The notes under the pieces were generated by a model. The model was not told where the DNA came from and made no database searches. It was given only the letters and a program-made list of their open reading frames with translations. Positions 37,122 to 43,690 of a stretch of 49,452 nucleotides of DNA are shown piece by piece. Numbering within the stretch: the first letter of the stretch is position 1; every line of letters starts with the position of its first letter. A program made the position numbers and the translations under genes. The DNA is from a virus (Duplodnaviria > Caudoviricetes), in the IMG/VR virus record IMGVR_UViG_3300011437_000004, positions 1 to 49,452 of that record; one strand, 5' to 3'.

Positions 37122-37992
37122 CGAAGTCATAACTGGCAACTGCATCGAGTGGATGGTACATGCGCCTCTTAGCTTCCAAGCTGACTTGGTGTTTGCGGAC
37201 CCACCATTCAACATTGGCTACGATTACGACCAGCACAAAGACAACATGCCGCCCGCTGAGTATATGGGTTGGTGCCGCCAATGGATGCTGGCGGCGTACA
37301 GTGTACTGCGTCCCGGCGGTTCCTTCTGGCTGGCCATCGGGGATGAGTACGCCGCGGAACTTAAGGTGCGCGCCCAGGAGTCAGGATTCACGTTCCGTAG
37401 CTGGGTCATCTGGCACTACACTTTCGGCGTGGCCCGCCAGAGCAGTTTCTCCCGCAGCCACACGCACCTGTTATATTTTGTAAAAGACGGAACGCCAACG
37501 AAACCTATTACGTGGAACGCTGATGCCATCCGCGTACCGTCCGCACGCATGACGACCTACGGGGACCCCCGCCAACGGCCTGGCGGCAAGGTGCCAGACA
37601 ACACATGGATTCTGCGTCCTGCCGACGTTCCCGACGCCTTCGCGCCTGACAGCGATACATGGTGTGTGTCCCGCGTGGCGGGCACCTTCGGCGAGCGCTG
37701 CCGTTGGCACCCATGCCAGATGCCCGAGCAGGTCCTTGGTCGCATCATCCGCGCCTGCACCAACCCCGGTGACATTGTGCTGGACCCGTTCGCCGGCAGC
37801 GGCGCCGCGCTTGCGGTTGCCAAAAAGCTGGACCGCCAATATGTGGGCATCGAAATCTCGCCCGACTACTGCACGGGCATCAAAAAAAGACTAGAGTCTA
37901 TCAACGCAGGCGACCCCCTGCACGGATCCGAATCGTTTGTCAGCGGCCCCATGCGTGCCCGCACCCGCTACTCAAAAGGAAACAACCCATGA
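37111..37992 (+). CDS. Orphan beta-class N6A/N4C DNA methyltransferase
   Basis: DPPF catalytic motif precedes LDPFAGSG SAM-binding motif; HPCQMP; no adjacent restriction enzyme recognised. Confidence 0.9.
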   Translation: MKLDEVITGNCIEWMVHAPLSFQADLVFADPPFNIGYDYDQHKDNMPPAEYMGWCRQWMLAAYSVLRPGGSFWLAIGDEYAAELKVRAQESGFTFRSWVIWHYTFGVARQSSFSRSHTHLLYFVKDGTPTKPITWNADAIRVPSARMTTYGDPRQRPGGKVPDNTWILRPADVPDAFAPDSDTWCVSRVAGTFGERCRWHPCQMPEQVLGRIIRACTNPGDIVLDPFAGSGAALAVAKKLDRQYVGIEISPDYCTGIKKRLESINAGDPLHGSESFVSGPMRARTRYSKGNNP

Positions 37993-38345
37993 CACTTGAA
38001 CAAAAACTGAGGGAGGTAGAGTCGATCGCACGGAAAGCACACTACAATAGCATGTCGCTGGCCGGATTCGTGTTTGCCTTGTCTACAGTAATGATTGTTT
38101 CCTGTATTGTAATGATCTTCAGAGATCCAAAGCCCGCCCCCAAGGCGACGCCGGACGTCCCCCGCATCGCCGGTGCAGCATTCGCGGCCATCGAAACCCA
38201 GAACCAGATTCGCGCCCGATGCCGCAAGCAGGCCCACTCAGCCAGTGACTACGACCACGAGATGGCAACCCGCGAAGTTGACGCAATGGCTGAACTGCAC
38301 GCAATGGCCATGCAGTCCCTACAAGATGCAATGGAGTCAAAATGA
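37989..38345 (+). CDS. Membrane-anchored hypothetical protein
   Basis: 118 aa with one hydrophobic helix. Confidence 0.65.
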   Translation: MTLEQKLREVESIARKAHYNSMSLAGFVFALSTVMIVSCIVMIFRDPKPAPKATPDVPRIAGAAFAAIETQNQIRARCRKQAHSASDYDHEMATREVDAMAELHAMAMQSLQDAMESK

Positions 38346-38749
38346 GCGAAACACAATACAAATGCTGCTGGTGCGGTGGGGGGCTTTCGGTGCCTCACGT
38401 CCTCAAGAACAAAAGACACGCGGTTTGTCAAAACGATTGGTGTTTCTCGGTTGGTCCATTCTGCGGGACGGACGAAGAGGCGCTCCGCGCGATGAATGAC
38501 GGGCCGAAGCGGAAGGAAGAGTTTGTCCGATACGAATTCGAGAAGTGCCACTGGCTGCGTGTCTCTGACATCGTAGCGGTGTGCAAAATGGATAATCACC
38601 CGCAGTGGTCCCACGAAGTTAGGCTGCGTGACAAGTCGCGGCTATACGTTTCACGGGATTGCAAGGATGCGCTCTTTGCAGCGCTCCCCGACGGCCTAGA
38701 GTCACAATGTGACAAGGCCCCAGGCAACGATTGGGTGGAGGTAGAATAA
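38342..38749 (+). CDS. Lar-like (restriction alleviation) Zn-finger protein
   Basis: KCCWCGG...VCQNDWC..VGPFCGTDEEALRAMN resembles the Lar pattern. Confidence 0.45.
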   Translation: MSETQYKCCWCGGGLSVPHVLKNKRHAVCQNDWCFSVGPFCGTDEEALRAMNDGPKRKEEFVRYEFEKCHWLRVSDIVAVCKMDNHPQWSHEVRLRDKSRLYVSRDCKDALFAALPDGLESQCDKAPGNDWVEVE

Positions 38750-38820
38750 TGGACATCGTTACGGTACTTTTAATCGTGCTTCTGGTCATAGTAGTTCTCC
38801 TCCTGATAAGGTGGATCTGA
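38749..38820 (+). CDS. 23-aa hydrophobic peptide MDIVTVLLIVLLVIVVLLLIRWI
   Basis: Manual translation; TAATG coupling; GGAGGT RBS. Confidence 0.6.
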   Translation: MDIVTVLLIVLLVIVVLLLIRWI

Positions 38821-38891
38821 TGATCTATGTGTGGATTTGGTGGCTGATAGAAGTGTGGGACAAGATGGTCACAATCGGTGGTGAGGGTTAG
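38820..38891 (+). CDS. 23-aa Trp-rich peptide MIYVWIWWLIEVWDKMVTIGGEG
   Basis: Manual translation; TGATG coupling; AAGGTGG RBS. Confidence 0.5.
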   Translation: MIYVWIWWLIEVWDKMVTIGGEG

Positions 38892-38911
38892 TTCTCTTTT
38901 AGGAGGAACCT

Positions 38912-38986
38912 ATGAGTTGGTATTACTGGTTTTTCGACTTCGTAGAAGGTATCGTCCCGCTCATTATCTTTGGGATGGAGGGCTGA
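38912..38986 (+). CDS. 24-aa aromatic peptide MSWYYWFFDFVEGIVPLIIFGMEG
   Basis: Manual translation; AGGAGG RBS 5 nt upstream. Confidence 0.6.
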   Translation: MSWYYWFFDFVEGIVPLIIFGMEG

Positions 38987-38988
38987 CG

Positions 38989-39105
38989 ATGTTTCCTCTG
39001 TCGCGCGCGGAGACTGTGGTCCTGCGGGTAGCCGTGGTGCTTTGTGCACTCCTTTCGGCCGCGGCCATCGTGTTCGTGGGCGCGGTCTCCGTCACGGCAG
39101 GGTAG
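38989..39105 (+). CDS. 38-aa single-TM peptide
   Basis: MFPLSRAETVVLRVAVVLCALLSAAAIVFVGAVSVTAG; GGAGG RBS. Confidence 0.6.
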   Translation: MFPLSRAETVVLRVAVVLCALLSAAAIVFVGAVSVTAG

Positions 39106-39187
39106 TAGGGCCGGAGCCTGTCGCAAATGACAGTCTCTTTCGGGGGGCTGCGGAGAGTTACACTCCGGAGCAGGCTCCGGCCACCTA
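39106..39187 (+). ncRNA. ~80-nt multibranch structured RNA (not a canonical tRNA)
   Basis: 12-bp closing stem GGCCGGAGCCTG/CAGGCTCCGGCC enclosing a TTCG-loop hairpin and a CGGAG/CTCCG hairpin. Confidence 0.5.
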
Positions 39188-39248
39188 TACTCACAACTAG
39201 CAGCGGGTGGTCCGTTGCTACAATAACAAAATAAGAAAGGTAAAAACA

Positions 39249-39662
39249 ATGGCAGTGTCAATTGAAACACCCGGCGTGTACAACGCCAACACCGACCACA
39301 TCGATATGTCTGTGGTTACTCCCGAAAGCCTGCTTCCCAAGTATGAGGCCAACTACAACGAGTTGGACAGCATCAAGGATAAGATCGCTCTCTACGCCGG
39401 AAAAATACAATCGGCCATCAGCAGCGCCCAAGGCAACTTCAGCTATGTACAGGGTGGCCGACAAGCGGACGATGACCGTGGACAGGATTTAACCCAAAGG
39501 TTCCGTGAGCCGTGGGCCGGCGCTCGCGCCATAAAGATGCGCATCTGGGACATCCGACAGCTTTGCAGCACGCTGCTCTCCATGACTCCCTACCCCGGCA
39601 ACACCCCCGAGGACATCCAAGGCACTATGGAACTCCAACAACAGAACTGGGTCAACCCGTGA
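39249..39662 (+). CDS. Hypothetical protein
   Basis: Start MAVSIET after AAGGT. Confidence 0.7.
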   Translation: MAVSIETPGVYNANTDHIDMSVVTPESLLPKYEANYNELDSIKDKIALYAGKIQSAISSAQGNFSYVQGGRQADDDRGQDLTQRFREPWAGARAIKMRIWDIRQLCSTLLSMTPYPGNTPEDIQGTMELQQQNWVNP

Positions 39663-40027
39663 CGTCGGAAGTATTCGGAGCGGTGTTCATCTTCATCCTT
39701 CTTCTGGCGGCATGTACCCCTGTGTTTTTATGTATTAGGGGGTTGTACCGTGCAGAAAAGGAAGAAGAAAAAACATGGAAGAGTTACAGTACAGCAGTCG
39801 ATAAGTGCGTGTTACTCTTAAGAAAAGGATACCAACCTATGGAAAGCAGCCCCGACCAAACCCAGGCGCCACTTGTGAAATCGTCATGTGATCCGACAGC
39901 CGTCAACACCGCCGCCATTGAAGATCTGATCCATGCGGTTGGAGCTTTGCAAAAACGACTGCGGCACGTCGAGTCTTTTCTGGGTCTGCCCGACGCTGCC
40001 GTTGAGCAAGAGAACCCGCAAGAGTAG
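39659..40027 (+). CDS. Membrane-anchored protein with coiled coil
   Basis: GTGA-coupled start; hydrophobic N-terminus containing LLLAAC. Confidence 0.6.
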   Translation: MTSEVFGAVFIFILLLAACTPVFLCIRGLYRAEKEEEKTWKSYSTAVDKCVLLLRKGYQPMESSPDQTQAPLVKSSCDPTAVNTAAIEDLIHAVGALQKRLRHVESFLGLPDAAVEQENPQE

Positions 40028-40085
40028 AGTCTAGTTCGTGGCCGCGCGTGGCGGCTGCCAGTCATAACCCCCCAGGGAGAAGTAT

Positions 40086-40940
40086 ATGCAAAACGGGTTC
40101 ATCATTACAGAGAAGCCATGCCTCCAGCCGGATGGCGCTAATGGCGTTCTTGTCAAAGGGGCGGTCTATGCCGCCAATCATGTAAGCCTCGGGGCCACAG
40201 CCCTCAGAGGCAACGCGGACATGCTGACATTCCACTGCGATGGCGTCTGCCTGTCCATCCCCACCGACTGTATTGAGTCAATAGAGTTGCAAGCGCCGGG
40301 TACTACGGTCCGCTGCGTCTACCCATGCCCGATCTCCGAAGAGGAAGCCCAGCGATCCGCTGACGTCGCCGCCTACAAAGCCCAGTATGGTGTCCCGCCA
40401 TACGCCAAGACCGCAGCCCAGGCCGCAGCCCACGCCGCCGCCCAGGCCGCAGCCCAGCTTGCACTCCAGAACGCAAGCAACAATCCCAATCAATTCGGGC
40501 AGTTCGGGTATGGGAACAACCCTCCGGGCTTCCAAGGCCAGCAGGGCTTCCAAAACCCCTACAACCCCAACCAACCCACACATTTTAGCGGCAACAATGC
40601 CCCGTATGGTCGCCCCAGCAACCAAGGCTACGGCCAGCAAGGTCAAGGCAACCAAGGGTACGGGTACGGTCGCGGTGGTAATCGGCCCGGCAACTATCCG
40701 GGGTCCGTCACCCCCAACAACCCGAACCCACAGGTTCAGCCCAACCAGGGTGGCCAATGGGTCCAAGGCAACCAGGGCCACGCCCACGCACCAACACCCC
40801 CGACGATGACGCCCGAGCAACTGCAGCTGTGGCAGTCGCAGCAAACGCAGCAGGGGCAGCAGCAGGGACCGCTAACGCCGCCGTTGGCGCCGGCGGGGCT
40901 TAGGAGCCATCCGGTGAGCAACCCATTGAGCAACCCGTAG
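40086..40940 (+). CDS. Protein with Gln/Asn/Gly/Pro-rich low-complexity C-terminus
   Basis: 284 aa, GGGAG RBS; repeated NQGYG/QGNQG units. Confidence 0.75.
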   Translation: MQNGFIITEKPCLQPDGANGVLVKGAVYAANHVSLGATALRGNADMLTFHCDGVCLSIPTDCIESIELQAPGTTVRCVYPCPISEEEAQRSADVAAYKAQYGVPPYAKTAAQAAAHAAAQAAAQLALQNASNNPNQFGQFGYGNNPPGFQGQQGFQNPYNPNQPTHFSGNNAPYGRPSNQGYGQQGQGNQGYGYGRGGNRPGNYPGSVTPNNPNPQVQPNQGGQWVQGNQGHAHAPTPPTMTPEQLQLWQSQQTQQGQQQGPLTPPLAPAGLRSHPVSNPLSNP

Positions 40941-41009
40941 TTCAAAACCAAGGGAACGCAGCGCCCGGACCCACCGGGCCTGCGACAACCCCCCAACCCG
41001 CGAGATCCC

Positions 41010-41615
41010 ATGACCAAAACACGCTTCAGCCCACTACCAAAAGACGCGGTCTTTTTGCAGCTCGCCTTCTGCCCCAGCGCGCGCTTGTCGGCTAAACCGC
41101 TGTCCGGCCCTGTTCACAAAGCAGTGGCCAGTCTCATGGGACTGAAGCCGTCCGCGTATGATTCCACCCCGTTGTCGTTTGTGAGGGGCCGTGGTCGTGA
41201 GGTCAGCCGTTGGCGTGCGTACTACGGTGACAGCAACTCTGTTGGGGGGGGCGGGGTGCGGTTGCCGCCGTATGTCAAAGCGGACTTCACGCCGATGGCC
41301 GTGGCCGTTATGCTGGCCGCTGATAAACGACTCTCTCTGATGCTGATGCCGACCGGACCGTTGGGAAACCCCCTGGCTTCCATCACTCGCTACGAACGAT
41401 ACTGCGCGTTTCAAATCCTGTGCAACGAATCCTTGTTTGACCCGGCCGTGTGGGGCAGCCACTCCGTGCTGGGATGGGCCGCAGCCTCAAAGCTGGGCCT
41501 CCGCTGGATCATGGACCGACCGGCGAGTGAATCGCTGGTGCGACTGGTGCATAACCTCAAGGATGGAACCCGACATGGCCAGCCCGTTAAGCATGGTGCG
41601 GGACCGTTACCGTGA
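41010..41615 (+). CDS. Hypothetical protein
   Basis: 201 aa upstream of the helicase-like gene. Confidence 0.55.
   Translation: MTKTRFSPLPKDAVFLQLAFCPSARLSAKPLSGPVHKAVASLMGLKPSAYDSTPLSFVRGRGREVSRWRAYYGDSNSVGGGGVRLPPYVKADFTPMAVAVMLAADKRLSLMLMPTGPLGNPLASITRYERYCAFQILCNESLFDPAVWGSHSVLGWAAASKLGLRWIMDRPASESLVRLVHNLKDGTRHGQPVKHGAGPLP
41066..41118 (+). repeat. Dispersed repeat, copy D
   Basis: CTTCTGCCCCAGCGCGCGCTTGTCGGCTAAACCGCTGTCCGGCCCTGTTCACA. Confidence 0.85.
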
Positions 41616-42792
41616 CATTTTTGACCTCAGCGGAACCAACCTCTTCGTGCCGGACATCCTCTGTGCTGCGTATCTTGCTAACTCCCTACACCGTGCTGTA
41701 GAGCGGACGTGGCTGTATGTGGTTGGCCGGCCCGGCAGCGGAAAAACGGAGATGGTCCGCCCGTTCATACCTCTTGCGGACACCGTTTTTCTTAACCGCA
41801 TTACCGACAAGACGCTCATCAGTGGATTCGTGACGGGCGGGTCCAAAGAGCCGTCCCTGCTGCCGCGTCTTGATGGCAAGGTGCTGCTCAGTACAGACTA
41901 CACTTCGCATATGGGCATTGATCCGCAGCAAGCGGCCAGCATCGACGCCGTTTTGCGGGAGGCGTACGACGGGGAGGCGGCGGGTGGGTTTGGCACGGGC
42001 GAGCACAAACACTTTACATCTCGTTTTGGAGTTGTGGCCTGCGTTACTACAGACATAGACTACTATGTACTTAGCAGGCGGTCGCTGGGAGAGCGTTTTG
42101 TGAATTTCTGGCTGTGCTCGCCGCAGAATGCATTGGAGCGGCGGCGAAGAGCGAATCACATAAACCACATATCTCAGACGATACATATATGGCGACCTGA
42201 ACTGCACGCCTTGATTCTGACCGCTATTGACTTCGCTAAAAAGTGCGTGCCTGCTGATCCCGCCTCGCAGTGCCCGGCTCTTCCGGAACCAACATACGAA
42301 CGGATGACGGCGTTGGCGGACTTGTGTGCGAGGTGTCGTACGATGCCACGGGCGACGCCTCAGAACCCATACCAGGCTGCTATGTATGTGGATGCGGAAG
42401 ACCCGTCCCGTTTGACCAAGCAGTTTGCGACCATTGCGTGGGCAAGGGCGTACTTTGACAACCGGGACGCGGTCGATGACTCTGACTTGGACCTCGTTGC
42501 GTACATTGCCCTGTCCAGTATGCCCCGGTTTGTCCAGATTGCGCTGGAGCTGATGGCGCCGCGGAGCTTTGCGTCGGCGTCGTCCATTGCGGAAACGAGC
42601 GGGTTGCCGCCGCAGTTCGTGACGACTGTGTTAACCCAGCTTCAGCGGTCCGAAATCACCCAGTGCGTTCACAAAGCGCCAGTGCAAATGTGGGCTCTCA
42701 CCCCCTACGCTAAGGCTCTTATCGGCGCCGGACGGCTGCCCCTGCCGCAGCCCGTTGCGTCCGCGGTCGTGACCGCCGTACAATCCGCGTGA
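41575..42792 (+). CDS. MCM-like AAA+ ATPase, probable replicative helicase
   Basis: GRPGSGKT, LISGF, LREAYDG, GERF and a C-terminal wHTH-like segment; start MASPLS. Confidence 0.7.
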   Translation: MASPLSMVRDRYRDIFDLSGTNLFVPDILCAAYLANSLHRAVERTWLYVVGRPGSGKTEMVRPFIPLADTVFLNRITDKTLISGFVTGGSKEPSLLPRLDGKVLLSTDYTSHMGIDPQQAASIDAVLREAYDGEAAGGFGTGEHKHFTSRFGVVACVTTDIDYYVLSRRSLGERFVNFWLCSPQNALERRRRANHINHISQTIHIWRPELHALILTAIDFAKKCVPADPASQCPALPEPTYERMTALADLCARCRTMPRATPQNPYQAAMYVDAEDPSRLTKQFATIAWARAYFDNRDAVDDSDLDLVAYIALSSMPRFVQIALELMAPRSFASASSIAETSGLPPQFVTTVLTQLQRSEITQCVHKAPVQMWALTPYAKALIGAGRLPLPQPVASAVVTAVQSA

Positions 42793-42810
42793 CCCGCCGG
42801 ACGCAAAGCT

Positions 42811-43230
42811 ATGAGTCCTCCTGTGGCAGCGAAGGTTGTGGTGGCGCCTGCGATTCCGCCCACCACCCCGCCCGTGTTCGGACGGGAGGTGGCCATAGCT
42901 GTCGCCAAGTGGGTTGCGTTGACTTTGTTTGCGATGGTGACGGCGTTTGGGGGCTTCCTGGCTCGCGGATGGCATGACAGAGTTAACTCAGAGCTGTTGT
43001 CACAGGGGGCGCAGGGGAACACCAACTCTGTGGATATTGGCAAGATAGAAGCTCACATCATGAACCATAATCAAATAAGCGAACGCATGATGGTGCGTCT
43101 GGACGGTATTGATTTGCGGCTGAACAACATGCAGGAATACCTAACCAACCACACGAAAGAGAACTCACAACATATTAGAGACCTGATTGAGTTGGTGCGG
43201 TCCGAGAGGCCCGGGGGCGGAGAAAAGTAA
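42811..43230 (+). CDS. TM plus coiled-coil protein (holin-like candidate)
   Basis: 139 aa; one TM helix followed by a heptad region. Confidence 0.5.
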   Translation: MSPPVAAKVVVAPAIPPTTPPVFGREVAIAVAKWVALTLFAMVTAFGGFLARGWHDRVNSELLSQGAQGNTNSVDIGKIEAHIMNHNQISERMMVRLDGIDLRLNNMQEYLTNHTKENSQHIRDLIELVRSERPGGGEK

Positions 43231-43231
43231 C

Positions 43232-43555
43232 GTGGCGTGCGGACCCGGCAACATTGGAGACCGTTTCGTACCGGACGGCATCCTGCGCGTGGCGTGTGAG
43301 GCCCATGACCGTTGCTACGCGCAGCCGCAGGCCATGACCCGTGCTGAGGTTGATCTGGCCTTTAGAAAAGAAATGATGATCTTGGCCGGCCAGCGGTCAA
43401 CGGCGTGGCGGCGCGCAGTTGCGAGAGGCGCGGCGATACTCTACTACTATATGGTTCGATGGTTTGGCGGTCCGTTCTGGAGGCGGCGCCGGCGACGGAG
43501 GCAGGTGGGGGGAACGCCGACCACCACAGAGCAGTGCGGTCCTTCCCCTACATAG
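43232..43555 (+). CDS. Phospholipase A2-like protein
   Basis: CGPG...VPD...ACEAHDRCY...D..F...YYYMVRWFG with a His-Asp dyad; start uncertain (GTG 43232). Confidence 0.65.
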   Translation: MACGPGNIGDRFVPDGILRVACEAHDRCYAQPQAMTRAEVDLAFRKEMMILAGQRSTAWRRAVARGAAILYYYMVRWFGGPFWRRRRRRRQVGGTPTTTEQCGPSPT

Positions 43556-43576
43556 TTTCTTTTTAGGAGGTTTGTG

Positions 43577-43690
43577 ATGTTTGCATGGATTTACGGTGCG
43601 GTGCTTCTTTTCGTGTTGGGTTTCAGCCCGGAAATCTTCGCGTTTTTCCAAAGCATTGCTGGCGGTTTTGGCGGACAGCCACAGCCCTAG
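43577..43690 (+). CDS. 37-aa hydrophobic peptide
   Basis: Manual translation MFAWIYGAVLLFVLGFSPEIFAFFQSIAGGFGGQPQP; AGGAGG RBS. Confidence 0.6.
   Translation: MFAWIYGAVLLFVLGFSPEIFAFFQSIAGGFGGQPQP

Noticed and set aside
39106-39187. Suppressor tRNA (TTA in a 7-nt loop)
   Set aside because: Arm order, D/T-loop consensus and U33 are absent; kept only as an unclassified structured RNA.
39457-39467. GCCGACAAGCG as a fifth repeat copy
   Set aside because: Only 11 bp match with no flanking similarity.
42780-42840. GGACGCAAAGCTATGAGTC resembling a c-di-GMP-I riboswitch
   Set aside because: It lacks the GNRA-capped P2 stem, overlaps two CDS ends, and GGACGCAAAG also occurs inside a CDS near 35625.
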